Assembly (NCBI RefSeq): GCF_001194135.2
Contig: NC_068987.1
Span: 100,545,136 to 100,609,135 of the forward strand
Direction: 5' to 3'
Source: Octopus bimaculoides
Taxonomy: Eukaryota
Length of the DNA stretch: 64,000 bases
Position 1 is the stretch's first letter; each line of letters starts with the position of its first letter. The position numbers and the translations under genes are program-made. The notes under the pieces were generated by a model. That model saw only the letters and a program-made list of their open reading frames with translations, was not told where the DNA came from and ran no database searches. Positions 52,674 to 64,000 of this stretch are shown here, in pieces.

Positions 52674-53679
52674 TGCATACATTGATACGTACATTGTTCA
52701 CTTACATGAAAACTAAAGGAAAAGCTTTGTTAGGATACCATTACAAATAGCCCACAACAAAACTTACCAATCAGGGTAAACTAAGAATGCTTTCAGGTGA
52801 GGCTGAGAGGTCAGGGAATTTTCGGAAAAGAGAAACATGATAATTAATATGTGCCGTTTCGTCGGTATGCTAAATGAAAAATAACAGAAGTAACAGACAA
52901 ACGCATGTGTTTGCTTTCACTAAAGCCAAATCCTGTTATATTTAAAGTAAACATAACCCGATGACATGTCACCTGATGCTTCGGTTTCGTGTGATTGTAA
53001 ACATGCACATACTCAATGTGTATACATATGCACATATACGCCTATGTATATGTATGTGTGTATGAATGCGTGCGTGAGCGCATGTACAAGTGTATCTATA
53101 TATGCAGATATATTTGTGCGTTTATATATGTATGTATGTTTCTAGCTATCTATCTATCGATCCAAATTAACGAGGACATTTTGTTAGAACGCCGAATAGT
53201 ACAATGTTCGCCCAAGGTATATAGACACGTTTATATGACAGTACCTTTTAGCGCAAACAGCGTAGTATTCAACATCCTACGAATGCACCCACGTTAAGTT
53301 CAATATAACGATTGAATTGTATACATAATATCGACAAAAGTACTCCAATTGTTTCTATTTTACCAGACCTAATAGAATGCAAAGCAAAATCGAGTTCGGC
53401 ATAATTTGACCTTAGAATGCCAAGAATCGGAAGAAATGTCGCTAAGTATTTTGTGTAACGTGCCACCGATTCTGTATCATTATTGTTTCAAATTATAGCA
53501 CAAGGTCATTTACTTCAAGGGAAGGCTTCTCTCGATTAAAATCATTCCATTTGTTGGCTGATACTTTTGAGACGATGAAATGCAAATTTGTCCTCGGTAA
53601 GATTTAAACTCTGAACGTAAAGTATATTGCACTTTTAAGTATTGTTCATCCCATCAATAAATAATGCGTTTTTTTTATA

Positions 53680-54760
53680 GCGTCTTTTATTTTTCAAAAT
53701 TAAGATAAAGTTCTTTTTAATCTAAAGTGTAGTTTCCTTCATTTTCTACAAAGGTCTTCCATCTATCTGGTAGACTCACAAGTCTTCCCAGATTCACTTG
53801 TCCCTGACGAAAAATACTCCTCCACTACTGTTCTCACCTTATCTGCAGAATTTATATTTTTTTCCCGTTCAATTGAATTTGAAGAAATCGGAATAAATGA
53901 TAATCAGATGGCACAATGTCTGGCGAATATGGTGGGTGAGGCATCGTTTCCCATTCAAACTGCTGCAGCCTTTGGAACGTCACCTTCGTGGTGGCTGAGC
54001 ATTATCCTGCTGGAAGAACACCTTTTGTCTTGAAACCAAAGATAGTCGTTTGTCTTCTAGAGCTGATTTAAGCCGCTCAAGTTGCTCACAATAGATTTCC
54101 TTTGTTATCGTTTGGCTTGGGTTTAAGAGTTAAAAGTGGACTAAGCCATTCATATCCCACCAAACAGTTAACCACACCTTACGTGGGTAAAGTCCTTCTT
54201 TAGCATGGGGTGCCGGTGTTTCTCTTTTCCCTCCCCACTCTCTTCGGCGCTTGACATTTTTATAGAGAACTAATTTCTCGTCACCAATCACTATTCGGTC
54301 CAAAAATGTTTCATTCGTGAGACGTGACAACAAAGAAGAGCACATATTCCCTCTCTGTTCACGATTAGACTCGAAAAGTTTGTGATGAACTTAATGACCC
54401 AATTTGCTGACTTTTCTGATGTCACGTAGGTGTCGATGAATGGTTGAATCATCAAATCCAAGCTTCTCCGGTAGTTCCTCAACAGTTACGATGGGAATTT
54501 GTTCCACCAAGTTTTGCACGATGTCGAAGTCCACGGATCTTAGAGGACGAGGCTCGTCTTCTAGGCTGCATTTTCCGGCTCGAAATTTCTGGAAGTACCG
54601 TTGACATTGGCTTACGCTTATTGTCCAATCTCAATATACAGCATTGATATTTCTCGCTCTTTGTGTTGCAATGTTGCCTTTATTGAACCCATAAAGCAAA
54701 ATATGATGAATTGTCACTTCCATTCTAGCTTTGAAAAAATAACTGTTAAAATGGAACTGC
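53680..54760 (-). mobile_element. Degenerate mariner transposase copy
   Basis: FQKFRAGKCSLEDEPR, DRIVIGDEKLVLYKN (first D), LYPRKVWLTVWWD and PHPPYSPDIVPSDYHLF (YSPDLAPSD motif). Confidence 0.9.
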
Positions 54761-55059
54761 ACTCTTCCAAATTTGCTGTTAGTACAAGGCAAAACTACTA
54801 CCTGCTTTTATAGTAACTTGATGGAGGTAGTTTATCCAGTCCCACTCCGACTTTAATTCAGGCAATTGAAAAAAACGCAATACATTGCCCGATATGCTAA
54901 CGATTATTCGTAATAATGGTTTCAAATTTAGACACAAGGCAAGCAATTTTTGGCATCGGGGTAAGTAGATTACATAACTGATAATCATTAAATCCACACC
55001 GAAGTGATGAAGGGCCAAGTCGACATAGCGGTATTTGAACACGGAACTTAGAGACGGGT

Positions 55060-55670
55060 GAGATTTTCCCCAATAATTCTTTCTACTATAGGCACAAGGT
55101 TTGATGTCTTAAGGGAGAGGCAAGTCTATAACATTAATCTACCTTGAAAAGATGAAAGATAAAGTCGACCTCGGCTGCATTTGAAATTAGAACGTAATGA
55201 CAAACAAAATGAGATTAACCATTTTGCCTGGCATGCTAACGATTCTGCCAGCTGTTTTAAAATTCTTTGTAATAATGGTTTAAAATGTTGGAACAAAGTC
55301 AGAAATAATGTGGGAGGGGGTAATACGATTATATTCATCCCAGGATTTGACTACTATTCGTTTTTTCGACCCCGGAAGGACGAAAATCAGTTGACTCCGG
55401 TAGCATTTGAACTTAAAATCTGAAGAAATGCTGCTAAACATTTTCCCGACACGGTAACGGTTCTGCTAGCTCCTCGTTTTTACATGCTACCTAAATATAA
55501 TTTCAAGTTTTGGCAAGAGATGAGTCGATTATATCGACACCTGTGCTCAACTGGTATTTATTTCATCGACCTCGAAATGTTAGAAGCAAAATCGACCTCG
55601 ATGAAATTTGGACTTGCAATTTAAAAAAGGACGAAATACCGCTATATATATTGTACGGCGTGCTAGAAAT
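55060..55670 (+). mobile_element. Three tandem degenerate SINE 3' domains
   Basis: AAAGTCGACCTCGG (55160-55175), a degenerate equivalent near 55380-55410 and AAATCGACCTCGATGAAATTTG (55588-55610), each followed by an AAATACCGC/AAATGCTGCT-type tail. Confidence 0.7.
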
Positions 55671-55859
55671 GGAAGGAGTTTTATTCATGAAAAGTTTCAC
55701 ACAGCAAAGGAAGCGTTCAAATATCAGTATCACAAAGCATTTAAGAATTATATTCAAAAACATATAATGTTACTCATAATGTATTATACGGGTGTGTGTG
55801 GTGGATGCGTAGGTACGTGCGTGTGAGTGTGTATGTGTGCATGCGGGGGTGTGTGCATG

Positions 55860-55906
<47 letters not shown>

Positions 55907-55914
55907 GCTTATAT

Positions 55915-56095
55915 CGAGGCAGTGTAGTAAGGAGATTGCTTCTCAATCACACGTTTCCGGGTTCAGTTTCATTGCATGGCATCTTGTCGGCCAAAGACTT
56001 GTGAGTGGATGTGGTAGACGGAAACTGAAAGAGGCCCGTCATGTATATGCATTTGTATCTATGCTTGTTTTCCCCTCATCACCGCTTGTCAATTG
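55915..56095 (+). mobile_element. Internally shortened SINE of the 27785-28193 family
   Basis: CCGGGTTCAGTT..CCAAAGACTTGTGAGTGGATGTGGTAGACGGAAACTGAAAGAGGCCCGTC..CATCACCGCTTGTCAA. Confidence 0.75.
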
Positions 56096-56149
56096 TTGTT
56101 AATACGCTGCGTCGAACACTCATAGTATTGTGGAAATAGTTTGTCTTTC

Positions 56150-56450
56150 ATCACATCTCTGCTTTCTCATTTTATTTTTTCGTGCGAAGAACAATGAACT
56201 TCATTGATATGAGGTAGAGATGTTCATCTGATCATAAGACTTGCTTGCCTTATATTGGGGTATATTCTTTTCCGATATTCGCATAGCTCACTGTTTCTCG
56301 CAACACGTTACCCATTTTCTCTTCATTGCCTCTAGGTGACTTGTAGCGTTTCTGTCCTAGCCGAGAAAGGATCGATATCTTTCGATATTTCCGGTTATGC
56401 ACATGCTGACACTATAGGGAATTCTGCCTTTGCGGTTTTCTTATGTTGTT
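56150..56450 (-). mobile_element. Possible RTE-like LINE 3' relic
   Basis: Minus-strand EAMKRKWVTCC resembles IxxxKWxWAGH. Heavily decayed. Confidence 0.3.
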
Positions 56451-57429
56451 ATTGTGTAATCCCCTTTGCTCTTTCTGCTAGAAATACATTTCAATAACTT
56501 TTATTTATTGTTGACTGCATGAGAAAGATGTCAGCGAGAGTGGATTGTCTGCACTATTATATAAATCTTCATATGACACACATGTTCTTACACCCCATGT
56601 CAACTCGCCCGGCTTTATGTTTTGAACTCAAATTCCACCGTTGTCGACTTTGCGATCTATCCTTTTCGGATCGATGATAAATGTATCATTTGTAACGTCA
56701 GGATTATGTAAGTGAGTAGCCCCCTCCCCCATGCACTAAACTCATTATTATTAGTAGTAGTAATAGTAGCGGTTGTAACAACTGTTGTTGTTGCTGTAGC
56801 TGCCGCTGCTGTAATAATTGTTCTCTTTGCTGAAATAACAAGATTGTGTTTCTTGTGGTGCTCCTGAGAGATCTGAATATTATGGATAATTACCGCTTGT
56901 CTGTTGATAAAAGCTAACTCTTCCGTGAGGACAAAGATAAAATATGACACTGTATACGTAGGTGTTTATGTTTTTACCAAAGAGAAATTGCGATTTCTAA
57001 ATAATAGCGTCGACATAGAAACAAAAAGGAGCATCACATAAACACCATAAAAGCAAAAATTACGCAAATGAATAAAGAAATAAAGACTTGAAACAAAAGC
57101 CTGTTTCTTTATCATATTAAAGGAAAAGTTATTGAGATAATGAAATATATAACGTAGGTTTATTAACGATAAGTACAGCAGACATACACAAGTACCATTC
57201 TGTGCAAATGCTGTTATGACAGATATTGCATATTTTCTTTCTCTAGCCCTAGGAGCAATACGAACGATAAATTATGTTGTGTTTGGAAAAGGAAAATCAG
57301 TAAGATAGAATATGAGCTGGATAGCAAAAATCACGTTTATGTTTTTCTTTTCGAACCTGCTTTTCATCCTTTGTAACAAGGAGGAAACAATGTAGAAGAG
57401 GACAGATTTGTAGTTGTAGTTTTCGGAAG

Positions 57430-57900
57430 GAGCACAAAGCAAGCTCTTGTTGCTCATAAATTGTTGACAACGAAACACGCTGGTCATTTCGTTAGCTCCT
57501 TCGTGACAAGTTAGGAGCAATTAAAATTGCTCAGCTCACAAGGCATTGTATGTGATCAGGTACAAATGTGCATACAAGTCGTTACAAATCTTCTAAATTG
57601 AAAAAAAAGAAACTAATCCAGACTCATTTCCCGTCATACGTCCAGCAAACAAAACAAAAAAGGGGTTTACAGAAATAGTAGGACAGGAAGGTTCGTTGTT
57701 GTTCGTGAAGCTGCACATTCTACTTGAGATTTTTCTGCCGGAGAAAAGGTAAAATCCAAAAGAAAAAGTCAACGCAGAATACAGCTTCGAGGAATGTGAT
57801 TTCAAAAGCAGCTTGAACGGTACCACATTTCGTAGTAGTGAAAAGCAACCAGAAAATCAGCCTAATTCCCACAAAAACACACTGATGATGGTATTCTATC
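57430..57900 (+). mobile_element. Possible piggyBac-like transposase relic
   Basis: Fragments RDKLGAIK, SGTNV, HFPSYV/RPANKTKKGF and SRNV fall in the order of the piggyBac motifs DKLAPIR, PGxNVTIDE, FRQYxPxKP and RNVTxDN. Similarity is weak. Confidence 0.3.
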
Positions 57901-58018
57901 TCTATTATCTCTGTGATCTAGTGAAGGACAAATGGGAATATAAAACTGCCAATAAGAAGGAGTCAAACGAAATTACGGTAGACTCATGAAGCAAATGTGA
58001 ATTACAAAATAACTTACT

Positions 58019-59283
58019 TGTATGGGCTGCAAATTTCATTGGCTGACAATGAAGGAGCGATGCTAGAGCTATGAAATTTTGCATGCATTAAATTCAAATC
58101 ATATTGATAATTGTATTGTTTCATTCTTGGTAAAAAGACATGTGTCAGTTCAAAGAAGATTTCAGAAGTAACTATTAAAGAACTCTTTTGAAATCGACAA
58201 AATTTGGCATCATGGTGATATCAAGTACCTGCTAAAAAAGGTTTAGCCCCAAAGACATTCATACTGACATGATTGCTAAATATGGGCATGAAGCTCCGGT
58301 TTTTCATCTATAAAAAGTGGTTAGTTTAAATTAGGAGGGGAAGAAGGGTTGAATATAATCAAAACGTCTGGACGCCCTGCAACTGCCTCCACTGGGGAAA
58401 AACATGGATCGCATTAATCACATGCAATGGATGTCTGGTGATTGACAATAAATCAAATAGTCAATGCTATCCAATGACAGAGAGGAGAGTATTCCATACA
58501 ATGAATTGACATAACGAAAGGTCCTGCATGGTGACCACCAGGCCTTCTTACACCTGTTGAAAAATGCACTATCATAGGAAAGCTTCACATTCTCTGAAGG
58601 AAATCCAGATGGATTTCTTTAATATTTCCTCAACAAGAATTAGTGTTGACTTCATTACTTTGGGCCAGAGACAAAGATACATTCCATGAAGTGGAATACC
58701 CCTCCGTACCTGCTCCAAAGAAAGTCAAGGTTGTTTCATCTGCAGGGAAGGTGACCGTCTCAGTTTTTTTGGTATGCAAACGACATTGAGTTTATTGGCT
58801 ATCTTCAAAAGGGCCACTCTATTGATGGAGAGTACTATGCCAAAATGCTGAGGGGTTGACGAAAGGCTGTCAAGACCATACACCCAGGAAAACGTATGAA
58901 AATGGACTTGTTTCATCGGGACTTGTTTCCTCAGGAGTCCTTGATTTCGACAGTGACTATGTGTTACCGTGACTTTGAACTGGTTGATGAGCTTCCCTAT
59001 TCTCCTATTTCGACCACATCTGGCTATTATCTGTTTGCCAACATTAGAAATAAGCTGTGGCTGCAAAGCAGTATTGTACTGATCATGACGTTATATCTGC
59101 TGTCGATGACATTTATTAGAAATAAGATGAAACATTCTTCACCAATGGGATCCAAGCACGGCAACACAAATAGAAGACGTGTGTGGGGCGCAAAGGGTAA
59201 TTATGCTGAAAAATAAACCTCATTGCCTCAACTTCCATGATAGAATCTTGGTCAGCCCATGAACATTTTAATCGACATGCGTA
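58019..59283 (+). mobile_element. Near full-length (~1.27 kb) degenerate mariner with both TIRs; same family as 16095-17192
   Basis: Left TIR-like ..AAATTTCATTGGCTGAC (~58019-58048) matches the reverse complement of the right end (..AAATGTTCATGGGCTGAC, 59251-59283). Internal SAGKV and LPYSPISTTSGYYLF. Confidence 0.8.
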
Positions 59284-59379
59284 AGATTATCTTGTATCAT
59301 AATTGTTCTGCAGTGTCTTTACCCCACCCATTAAGAAACAGTGCAGATGTATACCGTAATAATTGATTAACGTGCATTA

Positions 59380-59812
59380 CCGCTGATGACACTGGTAGCC
59401 ACAAGTGGTGAATGTTCTCTCAAGGCACACTACTAGGGACATACCCAAAATAATGTTTGGATACTACATTTTTATGTCTCCTATCTAAACTTTAACTTAA
59501 AACATAAGCTATATATACAAGCGCACGCGCACTTTCATTTTGGGATCACCAATACTTTATTAACTGCCCTTCTTTCAACCTCTCCTGTTAAAACTTTTTT
59601 TTTCTCTCTAACCAGTCATCATACTTGACCGCTAGATCCACATTTTTTTTCATTCTCTCTCTTTATTTTCTCTTATGCCTTTCAGTTGAAGAGCGTAGGC
59701 TCGAAACTTAAAAGCCTTTTTCACATTCCCGAGCGTCAAACTATTACACCTAGTTGTTGCTCATACACCTGTCTTCGTTTTTTTGTTTTTCTGTAAATTT
59801 CAACTATATATT
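59380..59812 (+). mobile_element. Penelope-like element 3' end/pseudo-LTR
   Basis: Similar to 4655-4850, with a hammerhead-like core. The upstream sequence only weakly resembles a GIY-YIG C-terminal tail. Confidence 0.5.
59678..59715 (+). ncRNA. Minimal type I hammerhead ribozyme-like motif (degenerate)
   Basis: CCTTT-CAGTTGA-A-GAGC(GTAG)GCTC-GAAAC-TTA-AAAG. Perfect stem II, stem I CTTT/AAAG and a UUA triplet, with core changes U4A and A6U. Confidence 0.5.
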
Positions 59813-60029
59813 ATACGCTCACGTGGTCACCCCAGTTTTATGCTGTTTTACCCCCCCCCCTTACTTTTGGGACTTACATATATCTTAGCTACTACCTGAA
59901 CCTTCTGCATCTCTCCTCATCAACATACCCACACTCCATCCGGATTACCACTGGATGTACTGATTCACTCTCACGGATTCCACTGAACTCTTTCGTTGAT
60001 ATAAAATCTTTCCAATATACCATGACTTC

Positions 60030-60420
60030 TGAAAATATTTTAACTTTTCGAACCTTTTGAACTTTTAAATTTTTCATACTCCGCACGTTATTACTTTGCT
60101 GAATGTTTTTCTCAGTTCTTTTGGTTGCGGATCTCCCAGAACATTCGTCCGTATCGACATTTTGTGGTCATCTTGGAAACGTCCAAACCACTTGTACACT
60201 GGTGTGTGCTCATACACTCCTCTCCATATACTTTTTGAAACTTTGAGTAGGCCTCTGAGCAGGTATTGAAAAGCTTTTGGCAAAATTTGATGCAGATTCT
60301 GCGCTCAAATTTCTCTCTCATAATCAATGCGATGATCACACGCTAAACACCTTCCTTTCAAGCACTACTGTAAACAGCGCAAGTGAGATAGAATGCTAAA
60401 ACTTAGTGCTCGTGCAAAAT
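60030..60420 (-). mobile_element. Mariner 5' fragment (HTH region)
   Basis: ERRICIKFCQKLFNTCSEAYSKFQKVYGEECMS and VYKWFGRFQD resemble mariner N-terminal EQRxCIKFC..VYGEECMS..VFEWFKRF. Confidence 0.85.
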
Positions 60421-62239
60421 AAGGTTCAAGATCAATCGTTGCCTAGCAGCTTTACGTTGAATGCTTTAGCTTCGTTACTATGGCAAAAGTCAGGATACTT
60501 ATTGATCAGACCTCATATATGTTTGGGCAATCATATATTATCACGTTGTAAACATCTTGTTTCCAAATATCCACTCTCTTCCTCCCTCCCATTCCCTGTC
60601 TCTCACTCAGTTTCTCACTCCCTCTCTTCCACTGTTTTTTTTCTGTCTGTGTGTCGTTCATTCCTTAAAATGATTAACGCTTTAATGTCATCGTCTAATT
60701 TATCTATCTCTGCTTATAATGAAAATGACGATGGTAGTGTTTGATTTGTTGTTGACAATCGTATTTTCGTTGGTGCTTTTTACATTTTCTAATGCAATTG
60801 ATGTTGGTGATGTGCTTCAACTACTTATGGGTAATGTCCGTAGACTCCTTCTATTTTTAATGAACATTGGGAATTGTCTCAGCCACGAATCAACGAAATG
60901 GCACAACTTTGTTGGTAATTCCATGCGTGTTTCTGCAGAAGTTAGATATTTTTTAGGCGACGAACTTCTATAAATTGAGAGTGAAAAAGTGCTTTCTCGT
61001 AACAACATACGACAAGCAAATCTCTTTGACACCCAACATAGATAGCAATCAACAATATAGCGTGAGTGTATGTATGCGAAGTGTGGTTTTGTCACTTTGT
61101 GCACAAGAATTGACAACATTAACATTTCTATTGTCAGCCACTTAAGTAAGAGTCACACGTACTTCAATAGCTTTGGCACATTTAAGCTGTGAAATATTCA
61201 GTGGTCTAACGCTGGCAAACGTTCACACTTAGCTCGAGATAAATAAAAATGACGGATGAATGGATAGGACATTGCTAAAGGTGTGAATCACATCGTAAAT
61301 TATAAACTGGTCGGATTAGATTTCTGTAGGTAAATTTCGCTGCTTCAATCTCTGCAACAATCATGCTTCCGAAAAAAAAAACCATTGATCATGTTCTGTT
61401 TGAAAGTCACTTAGAACAAATTTATAACAAAAGCAAGAAAAAATCAATAAAACTAATTTCATTCTCTATTACATTGAGCCACTGGGACGCCTGTAACGAC
61501 TTTAGCTTTGCATACGAGCCAAAGTTGTCTATAACCCCTACCAGAAATGACTGCAAATTATCAGTCAAAACACACCTTTCTATATTACAAAACGAAGCAA
61601 CACTATTATTTACTATAAAGTAAACATCCTGAAAAAAGAAGTCAGTGTGGTTACAACTTTGATCACAAAAAAGTTTAACCCAACTTTTGATCAAAGCCTA
61701 CTGGTCAGTATTGAACATCACCAGCACAAATCATCATTATGTACTGATATAAGCATTAATATGTTGTTATGATTCTACAATGTCTTATTGAGAGAATATT
61801 CCCATTTAACATTTCAAACTAACAAACCACTCGTCATTTATACAATAACTCCATTAATTATGTTGACTGATGAGATTTTTTTTCATTTACGTTAATGAAA
61901 CTAATAAAATAGATGGTTAAAAACCGGTTAGTCTGAGATTGTGACTTAAATTATACACGACGAAATAGTATTATTTATTAGGTTTTCTGATCAATAAATA
62001 ATTGTTTCAATTGACCGAACACAAATGGATTATGGGGTGGTCGATTCTATAAACTAGAATACTACTTCTATATATTTGCTCTAATCGCATATATCGCTAA
62101 CACACACACACATACATAAACACACACCCGCACACACACACACACACACACACACGTGTGTATATATGTATATATGTATGTATATATGTGTCTGTACACA
62201 CTCACCCACACACACACACATACACATAAATGTATATGT

Positions 62240-62485
62240 ATATAAGTGAATCACAGAGAGTGAGATACATCGTTGGTTACAATACGCTTAGTTGCATTGT
62301 TGTACCTTTCAAATGATTCGGTCCGATTGGTTAAGCCAGATGGCCAACATTTCTCCTGTACGGAAAACCAGCCCGTCGCAGGTATACCCATTTGAATGTG
62401 GGTGGCTTGGACTAGTGAGAAATGAAATGTTTTGCTCAAAAATACAGCGCACTGCTGGTCTGAGAAGTGAAATCACGATCTCCAC
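62240..62485 (-). mobile_element. SINE-like element of a further family
   Basis: Minus strand GTGCGCTGTATTTTTGAGCAAAACATTT...CCTGCGACGGGCTGGTTTTCCGTACAGGAGAA resembles CORE/V-type SINE central domains. Flanked by microsatellites. Confidence 0.5.
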
Positions 62486-63273
62486 TAGGTCTCTCTCCTT
62501 TTCTCTCTCCTTTTCTCTCTCCTTATCTCTCTCTCTTATACACACACATACATACATACATACATACATACATACATACATACATACATACATACATACG
62601 TACATACATGGATTTGATGTGTGTGAGAGAAAAACATTTCTTTGTATGTAACTCTGTCTTCTCCCATTTTCGTGCTCTTCATTGAAAGCGTTGCTATATC
62701 ATCTCTACCTCTTCTATTTCATTTATCGCTTTCTCATTGTGTCCTTTATCTCTCCTACGCTAATAGTATCGATACGTTTAACACTTCAATTGTTTAGTGT
62801 TATTATTTTCTCGCCTAAACCGTGTTTTGTCGTAATCTAATGTTTCTAAGGGGGCGTATTGAAACAACTGAAAGAAATGTTAAAACTACGTTCTACTGAT
62901 ACCTTCATTTTTGTATTCTGAATTTTCCAACATTTTACTGTAACTCATTCTCTCCTTATCATCATCTTTTTAGTTTCTGTGTCAGTTCTTAATTCATTTT
63001 AATTAATAGCAGTAAGAAGTCGACGTTATGGATTGCGAATTGTATTTGCAGTTATCAAATATAATTTTCCTTTTAATCATTAATAGAAATGCTACTGAAT
63101 GTTGATGTAAAGCTATTTCAAATAGAGATGTGTTTAAGAATTAAAAGAAAGACTAGTGATTACATTGCCTTGCTTAGTATATATTTTGAAGTCAAGCATT
63201 TTATTCATTCTTCATGGGCATCAAATTTAAATGTTCATATGATTTGTATTGCAAATCGTCACCACGTAACATA

Positions 63274-64000
63274 TTGGGTTGGCCAAAATGTCCGTTCATT
63301 TTTAAGCGAAACTGAAACGTTTCTATCACAAATGTACTATTTAAACATTGATATAATTANNNNNNNNNNNNNNNNNNNNNNNNNNNNNNNNNNNNNNNNN
63401 NNNNNNNNNNNNNNNNNNNNNNNNNNNNNNNNNNNNNNNNNNNNNNNNNNNNNNNNNNNNNNNNNNNNNNNNNNNNNNNNNNNNNNNNNNNNNNNNNNNN
63501 NNNNNNNNNNNNNNNNNNNNNNNNNNNNNNNNNNNNNNNNNNNNNNNNNNNNNNNNNNNNNNNNNNNNNNNNNNNNNNNNNNNNNNNNNNNNNNNNNNNN
63601 NNNNNNNNNNNNNNNNNNNNNNNNNNNNNNNNNNNNNNNNNNNNNNNNNNNNNNNNNNNNNNNNNNNNNNNNNNNNNNNNNNNNNNNNNNNNNNNNNNNN
63701 NNNNNNNNNNNNNNNNNNNNNNNNNNNNNNNNNNNNNNNNNNNNNNNNNNNNNNNNNNNNNNNNNNNNNNNNNNNNNNNNNNNNNNNNNNNNNNNNNNNN
63801 NNNNNNNNNNNNNNNNNNNNNNNNNNNNNACGAATTTTTTTCCCAACCAAGCTCTTCGATCTTTTGTGATGTGATCTTTGCAGTGTGGTGTCGCGCATTG
63901 TCCTGATGAAACATTACTCCTTTTCGATTCACTAAAGTGGGTCTTTTTTTCTTCAAAGCTTGGTTCAAACGCTCTAATTGCTGACAGTAGACTTGAGCAT
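63274..64000 (-). mobile_element. Relatively well-preserved mariner 3' half, interrupted by a gap and the window edge
   Basis: KKKRPTLVNRKGVMFHQDNARHHTAKITSQKIEELGWE (second D motif). The TIR-like end TTGGGTTGGCCAAAATGTCCGTTCATTTTT is preceded by TA at 63272-63273. Confidence 0.9.

Larger units (their letters stand above)
3063..63829. other. Assembly gaps at 3063-3172, 5494-6086, 7851-8515, 9346-9515, 11782-11799, 26659-26721, 42743-43278, 51725-52641 and 63360-63829
   Basis: Runs of N. All but the last abut a microsatellite on at least one side. Confidence 0.99.

Noticed and set aside
13127-58030. Minus-strand micro-exon candidates with good AG/GT sites (about 13127-13146, 18291-18307, 26888-26912, 51480-51555 and others)
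   Set aside because: Such short matches are expected by chance in 64 kb of AT-rich DNA. They do not join into a coherent recognisable protein, and some lie in or beside TE relics.
5319-63968. ORFs of 200-390 aa in the track (e.g. 5319-6203, 7440-8540, 42662-43526, 51525-52716, 63089-63874)
   Set aside because: They are long only because N-gaps translate as X without stops. The flanking residues are microsatellite translations (YIYI, CVCV, HTHT).
1-64000. CRISPR array, rRNA genes or a prokaryotic operon
   Set aside because: There are no regularly spaced repeat-spacer units, no rRNA-like sequence and no gene-dense tract. The content is eukaryotic repeat DNA.

Overview
This is 64 kb of AT-rich, microsatellite-saturated eukaryotic DNA with nine N-gaps (about 3.5 kb in total), almost all bordered by simple repeats. 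The repeat complement looks like a coleoid cephalopod (Octopus-type) genome, which is an inference from the sequence only. I find no supportable intact host protein-coding gene. The long ORFs in the track are gap read-throughs, microsatellite translations or transposon relics. The window holds decayed mobile elements: six mariner (DD34D-type) copies, a Helitron PIF1-like helicase fragment, several restriction-like-endonuclease LINE fragments (R4/Dong-like, some embedded in (TAA)n), two Tx1/L1-clade RT relics, CR1-, RTE- and piggyBac-like relics, and several tRNA-derived SINE families. The most unusual signals are three minimal type I hammerhead-ribozyme-like cores of the Penelope style. One lies downstream of a tRNA-derived Pol III head in an apparently composite SINE-like element. 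The other two share a non-canonical core substitution. All family assignments come from motif recognition by eye and need database confirmation.
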